DNA of 64,000 bases, taken from an uncultured Solirubrobacterales bacterium. Its GTDB lineage: Bacteria > Actinomycetota > Thermoleophilia > Solirubrobacterales > Solirubrobacteraceae. Where the stretch lies: positions 198,014 to 262,013 of the forward strand of contig CAWCEF010000006.1 in NCBI GenBank assembly GCA_963794515.1, written 5' to 3'. Every line of letters begins with the position of its first letter. Within the stretch, counting starts at the first letter, position 1. Made by a program: the position numbers and the translations under genes. Positions 8,093 to 17,658 of this stretch are shown piece after piece. Below the pieces are notes generated by a model, which saw only the letters and a list, made by a program, of their open reading frames with translations, had not been told where the DNA came from and searched no databases.

Positions 8093-9502
8093 CTATGCCT
8101 GCGGGACGGGCGCGCCGACGCCGGCGATCAGCCACGGCTGTCGCGCGTCTCCGTCGAGCGCGAACGTCCAATGCTCGGTGAACTTCGTCGCGCGCGACGC
8201 GCTGCCGGCGAGGACCGCGGTGGTGTCGCGATCCTCGATGTAGCGTCGGCCCTCGATCTCGACCTCGACCGACATCGTCGGCGGATGCGCGCCGGCGTCG
8301 AGACCGACGATTCGGATCTTCTGGACCTTTGGGCCTCGCACGACGACTCGCGTTCGTTGTGATGCGTCGCCGGGGTAGAGGAGGTCCCGGACCGCCTGGC
8401 CGTGGGCGAGCGATCGCAGCCGCGCGTCGTCGCCATCGACGGCCTCGGCCCACGCGCTCACTGCCCGGCGCGCGGCCACCTCGAGCACGTCGGGAGCGAA
8501 CCGCCCGTCCGCGAGGCTTAGGTCGAGCGCGGCGGCGTGCGCGTCGCCCTTGAAGTCGAGGTCTGCGACCTCGGCGATCGTGGTATTTGCGGGGACGGCG
8601 TCCTCCACCGCGCCCTCGACCAGTGCCTCGTCGCGGAGCGCGGTGTCGTCCGACCACGTGGTGGCGACGATCGCGTCGTCGATCGCGTGGGTGCCCTCGG
8701 CGCCCTGCTCGATCGACACGACGATCCAGCGGCCCTTGCTATTGCGTCCGAGCGTCCAGAACTCACGCAGGTGGACGGTCTCGGACATGCGGCCGGCACG
8801 CTTGATGTGCAGGCCAAACCGGTCCTCGACGTAGTCGCGGAGCTTGGCCTCGATCCGGACCGTGACGGTGTCGCTCTTGTCGCCCTTGTGGTTGAGGCCG
8901 ACGTACTCGACGGTCGGCTCGCCGATGACCTGCACGCGGTTGCGCCAGCCGCGCCGGCTCAGGTCGTCGAGTCGCCGCTCCCACTCGGTCAGGAGGTCGG
9001 GGCCGACGAGGTTCGCCAGGCGGGCGCGGTCGCCGCGGTCCCAGGCAGCCTGGACCTGCTTGAACAGCGCGGCGGCGTTCGCCTTGACGGCGTCGGGGGC
9101 GAACGCCGCGTCGTCCTCGGCGGCCTCGGCCGCGGCCGCCTCGACGCGGCGACTCCTTTCGGCGACGCGCCGGTGGGCCTTCCGTCCGGAGCTTCCTCGC
9201 GCCGCCCAGGAGCGCTGGGCGCTCGGGAAGCCGCGAGTCAAGAGCAGGTACACGATGCCGGCTGCGATCAGAGCGAGCGCGCCGAGGCCGTGGCCGAGTA
9301 CCGCGATCCGAACCAGGATCTGGATCAGGATGAAGAACCCGAAGCCGCCACCCCCGCCGCCGCCCCCTTCGCCGCCTCCGCCTCCGCCTCCGAAGCCCGC
9401 GGAGCCGCCGCCGGCGGCCGCGAGCGCGGCCGGCGCGACGATCAGCGCGACCAGCGCCACCGCCAGCGCCACGAGCAGCACCACGCGCCGGCGAGGGGTC
9501 AT
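8093..9502 (-). CDS. Tim44-like domain membrane protein (two Tim44-like repeats, Gly-rich N-terminal region)
   Basis: Signal/TM segment, poly-Gly tract and a second TM, then two repeats of the pattern FAPD...A...F..V..AW..GD...L......L. Its ATG overlaps the lipA stop (ATGA). Confidence 0.75.
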   Translation of the reverse strand: MTPRRRVVLLVALAVALVALIVAPAALAAAGGGSAGFGGGGGGGEGGGGGGGGFGFFILIQILVRIAVLGHGLGALALIAAGIVYLLLTRGFPSAQRSWAARGSSGRKAHRRVAERSRRVEAAAAEAAEDDAAFAPDAVKANAAALFKQVQAAWDRGDRARLANLVGPDLLTEWERRLDDLSRRGWRNRVQVIGEPTVEYVGLNHKGDKSDTVTVRIEAKLRDYVEDRFGLHIKRAGRMSETVHLREFWTLGRNSKGRWIVVSIEQGAEGTHAIDDAIVATTWSDDTALRDEALVEGAVEDAVPANTTIAEVADLDFKGDAHAAALDLSLADGRFAPDVLEVAARRAVSAWAEAVDGDDARLRSLAHGQAVRDLLYPGDASQRTRVVVRGPKVQKIRIVGLDAGAHPPTMSVEVEIEGRRYIEDRDTTAVLAGSASRATKFTEHWTFALDGDARQPWLIAGVGAPVPQA

Positions 9503-10468
9503 GCCTGCGCCTCCGCGAGCGGGCCGATGCCCGGCTGGTGCTGGGGTACGTGCTGGTCGGCGTGGTAGCTGGAGCGCACGAGAGGGCCTGCCGCGACGTG
9601 CTCGAACCCGAGCGCATACGCCGCGGTTTCGAGTTCCTTGAACTCATCGGGGTGCCAGTATCGGACGATCGGGAGGTGGTCCTCGGTGGGGCGCAAGTAC
9701 TGGCCGACGGTCAGCACCTGCACGTGGTGTTCGCGGAGCGTCCCGAGCGCGTCGACCATCTCGCCGAAGGATTCGCCGAGCCCGACCATCAGGCCGGACT
9801 TGGTCGTGACTTCGTCGCCGGCGATCTCCTTGGCATTGCGTGAGGACTCGGCAGGAGCGCTCGAACTTCGACCCCCGCCGCGCCAGGGGATAAAGGCGGG
9901 GGACGACCTCGACGTTGTGGTTGAACACGTCGGGACGTTCCGCGATCACCCTGGCGAGCGGCATCTCCTCGCCGCGGAAGTCGGGCGTGAGGACTTCCAC
10001 CTTGCAGTTCGGCGCCTGGCGGCGGATCTGCCGGATCACGCCGACGAACGCGCCGGCGCCGAGGTCGGGGAGGTCGTCGCGGTCGACGCTCGTGATCACC
10101 GCGTGCCTGAGGCCCATCTTGGCGACACTTCTCGCCACCCGCGCCGGCTCGAGCGGGTCGTTCCACGTCGGCTTGCCGGTCTTGACGTTGCAGAAGCCGC
10201 AGCGCCGCGTGCACGTGTCGCCGAGGATCATGAACGTCGCGGTTCCCCGCTGCCAGCACTCGCCGATGTTCGGGCACGCCGCCTCCTGGCACACCGTGTG
10301 GAGGTTCTCGGACTCGATCAGGTGCTTTAGCTGCCGGTACCGCGGACTGCCGGGCGCCGGCACCTTGAACCACGGTGGCTTCCTTGAGCGGAGAGGGAGG
10401 ACGTCCGGCCCGAGGATCTCGAGCACGTTCTGGTTGCCGCCGGGGTTTGCGCGCGACCGAGTGGCCAT
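9499..10468 (-). pseudogene. lipA: Lipoyl synthase, reading frame broken by one extra nucleotide near 9841 (true pseudogene or sequence error)
   Basis: The N-terminal frame holds the radical-SAM motif CTRRCGFCNV and the N-terminal Cys cluster CQEAACPNIGEC, up to ...[13 protein letters not shown]. The C-terminal frame reads [23 protein letters not shown]...VRSSYHADQ. Span length is 970 nt, which is 3n+1. Confidence 0.8.
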
Positions 10469-10500
10469 GCCACAAGGATAGGCCCTCGACCGTTCCTGAT

Positions 10501-11274
10501 TTGGCACACGGTGTCGCACACCTGTCACGTTTTTTCGTGGACCATCGGTCACAGGCCCTGGCGGGGCTCGCTGGAAGGCAGCACCCGGTGTTCGGGTTCG
10601 ACCAGATCCTCGCGCTCGGCCTGACCCCACGCGCCGTTCATAGCCGGGCAGCCGCGGGACGCCTGCACCGCATCCACCAGAAGGTCTACTCCCTGGTGCC
10701 CCGGGAATTGCTGAAGCGTGAGGGCCTGTACATGGCGGCCGTGCTCGCCGACGCCCCAGACGCAGTCCTTTCCCACCGTTCCGCGGGCGCCCTGCACCGA
10801 CTCCGGGACTGGGGCCACACGAAGATCGAGATCACCGTCCCACGGCGCTCCGCCCGCCGGCACGAAGGGACCAAGGTCCATCGTTCCACGACGCTCACCG
10901 GGCAGGACGTCACCGTCGTCAACAACATCCCGTGCACCAGCGTCGCCCGCACCCTCCTCGACCTCGGCGAGGTCGTGACGGGCCGCCAGCTCGAGCGCTC
11001 GTTCGATCAGGCCGAGCTCGCCGAGGTGCTCGACCTCAAGGCGATAGAGGACCAGCTAGCCCGCAACGCCACCCGCCCAGGTGCCAAGTGGCACACGAGT
11101 AGCCAGCGTTTCGAGATCAACCGCCAGCGAGACCAGCGACTGGTCGCGGCTGGATGGAGAGTGATCCGAACCACCTGGCGGCAAATGAAGTTCCGCCCGC
11201 ATGAGCTGCGGCGGGTGCTGATCGAGTTGCTGGCTCCGGCCGGCGCACCCACCTCATCCGTCAGCCGCTCGTGA
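10501..11274 (+). CDS. DUF559 / AbiEi-N-like domain protein, apparently lacking the central endonuclease-like core
   Basis: The N-terminus QHPVFGFDQILALGLTPRAVHSRAAAGRLHRIHQKVYSL and the C-terminus FEINRQRDQRLVAAGWRVIRTTWRQM match the two ends of the family. The start is uncertain (TTG 10501 or GTG 10537). Confidence 0.6.
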   Translation: MAHGVAHLSRFFVDHRSQALAGLAGRQHPVFGFDQILALGLTPRAVHSRAAAGRLHRIHQKVYSLVPRELLKREGLYMAAVLADAPDAVLSHRSAGALHRLRDWGHTKIEITVPRRSARRHEGTKVHRSTTLTGQDVTVVNNIPCTSVARTLLDLGEVVTGRQLERSFDQAELAEVLDLKAIEDQLARNATRPGAKWHTSSQRFEINRQRDQRLVAAGWRVIRTTWRQMKFRPHELRRVLIELLAPAGAPTSSVSRS

Positions 11275-11281
11275 GGCCTGC

Positions 11282-11297
11282 CTACCCGGCCGGGTAG
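11282..11297. terminator. GC palindrome CTACCCGG/CCGGGTAG between convergent genes; possible bidirectional terminator
   Basis: Perfect 16-nt palindrome, read directly. There is no U-tract. Confidence 0.3.
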
Positions 11298-11341
11298 TCC
11301 GGCCGAGGCCGCCCCGGCGGCGCGACCCCGCGCCACCCGCG

Positions 11342-12037
11342 TCAGGCAGCGACCTGGCTCACCCGAGAGAGTCGGTCCAGGCTGACCAGGCGCTGGCGCC
11401 GGCCGAGCGCGCGCGCCAGCTGGTACGCCGCGCGCCGGCGGAAGCACTTCATCCCGCCCGACACCCGCGCGGTCTCCACCGCCAGCGAGGTCATCTGTAC
11501 GCCGTCGAGCCCGCACGGCACGATCCAGCTGAACGGCTCGAGGTCGTTGTCGATGTTCACCGCGAACCCGTGCTTGCTCACGCCTCGCGACAGGTGCACG
11601 CCGACCGACGCGATCTTCCGGTCCTCGACCCACACGCCGGCAAACCGGTGCCCCTCGCGCGGCCGACTCCGGGCAGCAACGCCCTCCTGCGCCAACGCCG
11701 CCACGAGCGCGCCCTCCATAGTCCGGACATACGCGACCACGTCGTCGACGCGAACGATCGGATACCCGACTAGCTGGCCGGGGCCGTGGTATGTGACCTT
11801 GCCGCCGCGGTCGGTCTCGACGATCTCGATGCCCCGGGCGGCGTACCAGTCCTCGCCCATCGGCAGCTCACCGGGGACCGAGCGCCGGCCGCGCGTGTAC
11901 ACGGGGGGGTGCTCGAGGGTCAGCAGCACGTCGGGCAGCTCGTCCTCCTGGCGCGCGGTCCGTAGCCGCTCCTGAAGCTCGAACGCCTCGCGGTAGTCGA
12001 CCACCCCCAGGTGGCACACCCACAGCTCAGCGGTCAC
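11342..12037 (-). CDS. lipB: Lipoyl(octanoyl) transferase
   Basis: VTAELWVCHLGVVDYREAFELQERL...HPPVYTRGRR...GGKVTYHGPGQLVGYPI...KHGFAVN. The GTG start overlaps the E2 stop (GTGA). The track ORF is an upstream extension. Confidence 0.85.
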   Translation of the reverse strand: MTAELWVCHLGVVDYREAFELQERLRTARQEDELPDVLLTLEHPPVYTRGRRSVPGELPMGEDWYAARGIEIVETDRGGKVTYHGPGQLVGYPIVRVDDVVAYVRTMEGALVAALAQEGVAARSRPREGHRFAGVWVEDRKIASVGVHLSRGVSKHGFAVNIDNDLEPFSWIVPCGLDGVQMTSLAVETARVSGGMKCFRRRAAYQLARALGRRQRLVSLDRLSRVSQVAA

Positions 12038-13311
12038 GAGACGCTCTCCAAATGACGCTTGAGCGTCGCCAGGAACTGAGCCGCGAGCGCGCCGTCGAGC
12101 GCGCGGTGATCCCAGCTCAGCCCGAGGATCGTCATCGGCCGGATCGCGATCGAGTCGTTGCCGTCGGCGTCCGTGACCACCACGGGCCGCTTGACGACCG
12201 CCTCGAGGTCGAGGATCGCGACCTGCGGCAGGTTGATGATCGGCGTCGCCATGATCGACCCGTACTGGCCGGGGTTGGTGATCGTGAACGTGCCGCCGTG
12301 GACGTCGTCCGGGGTGAGCTGCCGCGCCCGCGCGCGCCGCGCGATGTCCCTGACACGCGCCGCGAGACCCTCCACCGACAGCTCCTGCGCGCGCGGGATG
12401 ACCGGGACGATCAGGCCGTCCTCGCCGAGCGACACCGCGATCCCCAGGTTCACGTCGGAATTCAACGTGTACCTCTCGCCCTCGAGCCAGGCGTTGATCG
12501 CCGGGTGCTCTCGGATCGCGTCGATCGACGCCCGCGCCACGAACGCAAGCGCGGTCACGCCGAGGCGCGCCCGGGCGGCCTCGACGCGGCTCATGTCGAC
12601 CTCGATCCATGTCGTGCACGTGGCGGCGGTGTCCAGGGACCGCTTCATGTGCTCGCCGATCTGCCGGCGCATCCGCGACAGCTCGCCGCCGGCACCGTCA
12701 GGCGCCACCGCGACCGTCGGCGCGACCGCCACTGCCGGCGCCGGCACAGGGTCGGGCCGGTACGGGCTCTCGATGTGGAGCGGCGGCTCCTGCACCGGCT
12801 CGCCTCCCACGAACGCCATCACGTCCTGCTTGCGCACGCGCCCGCCGCGCCCGGTGCCGGGCACCTGCGACAGGTCGATCCCGTGCTCGGCGGCGATCCG
12901 CTGGACGACCGGCGAGTAGTGCCGATCCCCGTTCGTGGCCGCCGGCCGTGGCGCCGGTGATTTTGATGACGGCTCAGTGGCCGGTGAGCCGGCCGTGTCG
13001 CCATCGAGCGGCTCGGGCGCCTCGCCGGCGGATACCGGCACCACCCCGTCGCCGCCGACGGCGATCCGGGCCATCACGGTCCCGACATCGACGGTCTCGC
13101 CGATCGGCACCAGGATCTCGGCCACGACTCCGGTCGCCGGCGACGGCACCTCGGTGTCGATCTTGTCGGTCGAGATCTCGCAGATCGTCGCCTCGGCCTC
13201 GATCCGGTCGCCAGGCTCGACGCGCCACGCGACGACGGTGCCCTCGGCGACCGACACCCCCATCTGGGGCATTGTCACGTCGACCAGGACGTCAGTACGC
13301 GAGGAGCTCAC
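12034..13311 (-). CDS. 2-oxoacid dehydrogenase E2 (dihydrolipoamide acyltransferase)
   Basis: Lipoyl domain (EISTDKIDTEV), E3/E1-binding domain (SPVVQRIAAEHGIDLSQVPGTGRGGRV) and catalytic domain (SWDHRALDG). GGGAGG lies 7 nt upstream of the GTG at 13311. Confidence 0.9.
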   Translation of the reverse strand: MSSSRTDVLVDVTMPQMGVSVAEGTVVAWRVEPGDRIEAEATICEISTDKIDTEVPSPATGVVAEILVPIGETVDVGTVMARIAVGGDGVVPVSAGEAPEPLDGDTAGSPATEPSSKSPAPRPAATNGDRHYSPVVQRIAAEHGIDLSQVPGTGRGGRVRKQDVMAFVGGEPVQEPPLHIESPYRPDPVPAPAVAVAPTVAVAPDGAGGELSRMRRQIGEHMKRSLDTAATCTTWIEVDMSRVEAARARLGVTALAFVARASIDAIREHPAINAWLEGERYTLNSDVNLGIAVSLGEDGLIVPVIPRAQELSVEGLAARVRDIARRARARQLTPDDVHGGTFTITNPGQYGSIMATPIINLPQVAILDLEAVVKRPVVVTDADGNDSIAIRPMTILGLSWDHRALDGALAAQFLATLKRHLESVS

Positions 13312-14260
13312 GGCAAGCCTCCCTCACTCGATCGACGCCGGGCAGCACCGCCTGCTCGAGCGGTGGCGAGAACGGAATCGGAACGTCGGGCGTCGCCACC
13401 CGCACGACCGGCCCGTCCAGAGACTCGAATCCCTTCTCGGCGATCAGCGCCGCGACCTGGGCGCCGGCGGCGCACGTGGCGTTGGCCTCGTCGATGATGA
13501 CGACCTTGGAGCAGCGCTCGACGGAGTCGAGGATCGCCTCCTCATCCAGAGGCACCAAAGACCGCAGATCGAGGACCTCGACCGACGCCCCGTCGAGCCC
13601 GTCGGACACGGCCTCCAAAGCCACCGACACCATCGCGCCGTAGGCGATCACGACCAGGTCAGACCCCGTCTGCGCCACCCGCGCGGTGAACGGCGTCTCG
13701 AACACGCCCGAGGGCACCTCGCCCTTGACCCGCCGGTACAGGTGCTTGTGCTCCATGTAGCAGACCGGATTCGGGTCGTGGATCGCCGCGTGCAAGAGTC
13801 CCTTGGCATCCTCGGCGGTCGACGGCGCGACCACCTTGATCCCGGGCGACTGCATGAACCACGCCTCGGGGTTCTGGGAGTGGAACGGACCGCCGGAGAA
13901 TCCGCCGCCTGACGGCAGGCGCACGGTGATCGGGACCGCAAGTCCCTGGCGGTAGTGCATCTTGCCGGCGACGTTCACCAGCTGGTCGAAGCCGCACGAG
14001 ATGAAGTCCGAGAACTGCATCTCGCACACCGGCCGCATCCCGACCACGGCGGCGCCGATCGCGGTGCCGATGATCCCGGACTCGGCGAGCGGCGTGTCCA
14101 TGACCCGGTCGGTGCCGAACTCGTCGACGAATCCGTCGGTGACCTTGAACGCGCCGCCGAACACGCCGATGTCCTCGCCCATCAGCAGCACTCGGTCGTC
14201 GGCGCGCAACTCGTCGCGCAGCGCGGAGGAGATCGCCTGGAGATAAGTGAGCGTCGGCAT
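13292..14260 (-). CDS. 2-oxoacid dehydrogenase E1 beta subunit
   Basis: MPTLTYLQAISSALRDELRADDRVLLMGEDIGVFGGAFKVT... The ATG overlaps the E1-alpha stop (ATGA). Confidence 0.9.
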   Translation of the reverse strand: MPTLTYLQAISSALRDELRADDRVLLMGEDIGVFGGAFKVTDGFVDEFGTDRVMDTPLAESGIIGTAIGAAVVGMRPVCEMQFSDFISCGFDQLVNVAGKMHYRQGLAVPITVRLPSGGGFSGGPFHSQNPEAWFMQSPGIKVVAPSTAEDAKGLLHAAIHDPNPVCYMEHKHLYRRVKGEVPSGVFETPFTARVAQTGSDLVVIAYGAMVSVALEAVSDGLDGASVEVLDLRSLVPLDEEAILDSVERCSKVVIIDEANATCAAGAQVAALIAEKGFESLDGPVVRVATPDVPIPFSPPLEQAVLPGVDRVREACRELLAY

Positions 14261-15321
14261 CAGCCAGCACCTCCGGCGAACCCACTCCACGGCGCCTGAC
14301 CGTCGCCGAGCGGCTCGGCCTCGCCCGTGCAGAACACTCCTTCGAGGACCGTCGCCGGGTCGGGCATCGGGCCGGCGAGCGCCTCCTCGGCGGCCGCGTC
14401 GATTTCCGCTTTGACCGAAGCGCGCAGGGCGTCGATGTCCACGCCGATCTCGCTCAGGCGAGCCTCCTGGCGCTCGATCGGGTCGCGCTTGCGCCACTCC
14501 TCGACCTGCTCCTTGGGGACGTACTTCATGTCGTCGTGAGCGGCGTGGCCGTGCATACGCATCGTGACCGCCTCGATCAGCGTCGGGCCGTCGCCGCCCA
14601 AGGCGCGCTCCCGGGCCGTGCGAGCGGCCTCGAACATCGCCTCGGCGTCATTGCCGTCGACGGTCACCCCGACGAATCCGTACGCGGCGGCCCGCTCCAC
14701 GGGGTCGACCGCGTACTGCTTGTCGACCGGCGTCGAGTACGCGTACTGGTTGTTCTCGAGCACGAAGATGACCGGCAGCCTCTGCACGCCGGCCCAGTTC
14801 ATCGCCTCGTGGAAATCTCCGCGCGAGGTCGAGCCGTCGCCAAACCATGTCAGCGCGCAGCGCCGCTCGCCGCGGAGCTTGAAGGCCATCGCCATTCCGG
14901 TGGCGACCAGCATCATGTCGGGGAGCATCGAGACCATCCCGACGCAGCCGAGCTTACGGTCCCCGAAGTGGACGTTGCCGTCGCGTCCGTGGGTGATGCC
15001 TGCGGCCCTGCCCATGTACTGCGAAAGGATCCGCGCCGGCGTGACGCCGCGGATCAGGTGCGCGGCGAGGTCGCGGTGCAGGATGCAAAGCCCATCCTTC
15101 GGCCCCATCGCGAACGCGGCGCCGGCGGACACCGCCTCCTGTCCATAGCCGTCGTAGAACGAGCCTGGTACCCGGCCCTGCCGGTAGAGGCTCATCGCGC
15201 GTTCCTCGAGGCCGCGCATCATCAGCATGGCGCGCAGGAGCCAAATTCGGTCTTCGGTCGTAAGGTGCTCTACTGCGGCGTCGGCTCCGCCAGCCGCAGG
15301 CTCAGCCATGTGAGTGGCCAT
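14260..15321 (-). CDS. 2-oxoacid dehydrogenase E1 alpha subunit (TPP-dependent)
   Basis: TPP motif GDGSTSRGDFHEAMNWAGVQRLPVIFVLENN. Substrate specificity (branched-chain, pyruvate or acetoin) cannot be determined from the sequence alone. Confidence 0.9.
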   Translation of the reverse strand: MATHMAEPAAGGADAAVEHLTTEDRIWLLRAMLMMRGLEERAMSLYRQGRVPGSFYDGYGQEAVSAGAAFAMGPKDGLCILHRDLAAHLIRGVTPARILSQYMGRAAGITHGRDGNVHFGDRKLGCVGMVSMLPDMMLVATGMAMAFKLRGERRCALTWFGDGSTSRGDFHEAMNWAGVQRLPVIFVLENNQYAYSTPVDKQYAVDPVERAAAYGFVGVTVDGNDAEAMFEAARTARERALGGDGPTLIEAVTMRMHGHAAHDDMKYVPKEQVEEWRKRDPIERQEARLSEIGVDIDALRASVKAEIDAAAEEALAGPMPDPATVLEGVFCTGEAEPLGDGQAPWSGFAGGAG

Positions 15322-15351
15322 CTCTCCGATTCCCTTTCTCCGTAGGCCGGA

Positions 15352-15407
15352 CCGGGATCTCCGCTTCCAGACCCCGGTTCACAGCCCTCCGGGATCTCCG
15401 GTTCAGG
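15352..15407. promoter_or_regulatory. Imperfect direct repeat CCGGGATCTCCGSTTC(C)AG x2 in the divergent promoter region of the E1a operon
   Basis: Copies at 15352-15370 and 15389-15407, with starts 37 nt apart. Read directly. Confidence 0.25.
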
Positions 15408-15481
15408 CTTCTCAAATCGGGCATGTTCGAGTTTATTCCAAGGATCGCCGCACGACCTCCGGCGGGGGCTACTCTTGCCGG

Positions 15482-16105
15482 ATGGACGGCGCCCGGCCGA
15501 CCTGGACGGCGCGCACGCGCGCGCGGTATGTGCGCATGCGCTGGCGGCGGGCGGGTGCATGGCTGTGGCCGTCGTTCGTGGCGCTGACCTTGCTCGACGG
15601 TGCGATCGGCCGTCTGCTGCCGCCGGCCGGCAGCACCGAGACGTTCGTCGCCGGAGCGCTGCTCGGGCTCGTGATCAACGTGATCGCGGTCGTCCTGTTG
15701 TCGCGACCGCTCGGGATGCTCGTCCGCCGCGTACGACCCGATATGCCAACGGTGGTCGCGCGCGACTACGGCGGCACTGTCGTCGTGTTCGCCGTGGCGG
15801 CGGTCCTGCTCACCGTGGGAATCGTGCACCGTCCGGTCATACGAGCCCGCCAGCGCGCCACCAGCGACGCGATCGCGCGCGCCCAGGCCTGGATCGGCGA
15901 CCGCGCGCCCGACGAGTTCCGTCGCAACCTCGAGTTCGTCAGCCTGCTGGCGATCGAGCCGGGAACGCTCTATCGCGCGTGCGTCCCGAGCGACCGCGGC
16001 GGCCGGAGCTACTGCGTGATCGTCGACCGGAGCCTGCCGTTCCAGCGCAGCGTCAAGTTCTCGGGGTACGAGCCGAACTCGGTCCTGGATGCCGGGGCCG
16101 GGTAG
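15482..16105 (+). CDS. Hypothetical membrane protein (3 TM plus soluble C-terminal part)
   Basis: MDGARPTWTARTRARYVRMRWRRAGAWLWPSFVALTLL... shows coding-like composition. I recognise no family. Confidence 0.6.
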   Translation: MDGARPTWTARTRARYVRMRWRRAGAWLWPSFVALTLLDGAIGRLLPPAGSTETFVAGALLGLVINVIAVVLLSRPLGMLVRRVRPDMPTVVARDYGGTVVVFAVAAVLLTVGIVHRPVIRARQRATSDAIARAQAWIGDRAPDEFRRNLEFVSLLAIEPGTLYRACVPSDRGGRSYCVIVDRSLPFQRSVKFSGYEPNSVLDAGAG

Positions 16106-17645
16106 TCGTGGGGCTCCCACTGACCCGGCGATCAAACGCACCGTCCTGGTCGCGAGCATCCTCGGGTCGGGGATCGTCTTCCTCGATCAGACGGTCGTCA
16201 ACGTCGCGCTCCCCGCGATCCGCTCGAGCCTGAACGGCAGTCTTGCCGACCAGCAGTGGGTCGTCGAGGCTTATCTGCTGACGCTGTCGTCGCTGCTCCT
16301 GCTCGGCGGTTCACTCGGCGACGTGCTCGGGCGCCGGCGGGTGTTCGAGGCCGGCCTGATCGGGTTCGGGGCATGCTCGCTCGTGTGCGCGGCCGCGCCG
16401 AGCGCCGGGGTGCTGATCGCCGCGCGCGGCGTCCAGGGAGTCGCCGGCGCGCTGCTCGTCCCTAGCTCGCTCGCGCTGATCCTCGACACGTTCGCCGAGG
16501 GAGAACGGGCGGCGGCGATCGGCACGTGGACGGCGTGGACGGGGATCGCCACCGTGATCGGCCCGCTCGGCGGCGGGGCGCTCGTCCAGGCAGCGTCGTG
16601 GCGCTGGATCTTCCTGATCAACCCGATCTTCGTGACGGTCGCGGTCGTGCTCGTGCGTCGGCTGCCCGCCGACCGGCGCCGAGACGGACGCGTCGACTGG
16701 GTGGGAGGGTTGCTGTGCGTGGCCGGGCTCGGTGGCGCTGTGTTCGGGTTGATCGAGCAGTCCGTCTACGGCTGGGGCGATCCGCGTGTGTTCGTGCCGC
16801 TCGTCGCCGGCGTCGTCCTGCTCGCGGCGTTCGTCGCCTGGGAACGGAAGGTCCCCGAGCCGATGATGCCGCTGCAGCTGTTCGCGGTGCGGAACTTCGC
16901 AGTCGGGAACGCCACCACCCTCGCGACGTACGGCGGCCTCGGCGTGGCGACGTTCTTTCTGGTCGTGTTCCTCCAGCAGGTCGCGGGGTACTCGCCGCTC
17001 GCCGCGGGCCTCGCGCTGCTCCCGATCACGCTCGTCCTGTTCGCGCTGTCGCGGCGGTTCGGCGCTCTCGCCGACCGCCTCGGTCCGCGCCTGTTCATGG
17101 CCGGCGGCCCGATGCTCGCCGGCGCCGGACTGCTGCTGCTGACCCGCGTGGGCGCACACCCCGACTACGTGACGACGATCCTGCCCGGCGTGCTCGTGTT
17201 CGCGCTCGGGCTCGCGGCGACGGTCGCGCCGCTGACCGCCGCGGTCCTCGGTTCGGTCGACCCGAGCCACGCCGGGCTGGCCAGCGGAGCCAACAACGCG
17301 TTCGCCCGGATCGCCGGGCTGCTCGCGATCGCCGCCGTCGGCGCGGTGGTGTCGACGAGCTTCGCCACGAGGCTCGATCGCGACGTCGCCCACCGCGAGC
17401 TCAGCCCGCAGGCCCACCGCGCGCTCGCCACCGCTCGCACGCGGCCACTCGTGACCAGCACGACCGACGTGCCGGCGGCCGAGCGACCGGGCATACACGT
17501 CGCGCTCGTCGACGCCTCGGTGCACGCGTATCGGATCGGGATCGCGATCGCCGGCCTGCTCGCGATCCTCGGCGGCGTGGTGGCGCTGGTCGGGATCGAG
17601 AACCCGCACCGCGGCGTGGCGGTGGACACCGGCCCGCCCGGGTAG
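16089..17645 (+). CDS. MFS transporter, DHA2 (EmrB/QacA, 14-TMS) family
   Basis: FLDQTVVNVALPAI...QWVVEAYLL...GRRRVF...ARGVQGVAGALLVPSSLALI motifs and about 14 hydrophobic segments. Confidence 0.85.
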   Translation: MPGPGSRGAPTDPAIKRTVLVASILGSGIVFLDQTVVNVALPAIRSSLNGSLADQQWVVEAYLLTLSSLLLLGGSLGDVLGRRRVFEAGLIGFGACSLVCAAAPSAGVLIAARGVQGVAGALLVPSSLALILDTFAEGERAAAIGTWTAWTGIATVIGPLGGGALVQAASWRWIFLINPIFVTVAVVLVRRLPADRRRDGRVDWVGGLLCVAGLGGAVFGLIEQSVYGWGDPRVFVPLVAGVVLLAAFVAWERKVPEPMMPLQLFAVRNFAVGNATTLATYGGLGVATFFLVVFLQQVAGYSPLAAGLALLPITLVLFALSRRFGALADRLGPRLFMAGGPMLAGAGLLLLTRVGAHPDYVTTILPGVLVFALGLAATVAPLTAAVLGSVDPSHAGLASGANNAFARIAGLLAIAAVGAVVSTSFATRLDRDVAHRELSPQAHRALATARTRPLVTSTTDVPAAERPGIHVALVDASVHAYRIGIAIAGLLAILGGVVALVGIENPHRGVAVDTGPPG

Positions 17646-17658
17646 CCTTGCCCGCGCT

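Noticed and set aside
9334-9415. Repetitive GGC/GGA/GGG tract that looks like a simple-sequence repeat
   Set aside because: It encodes the poly-Gly segment ([25 protein letters not shown]) of the Tim44-like protein. It is not a CRISPR array or a non-coding repeat.
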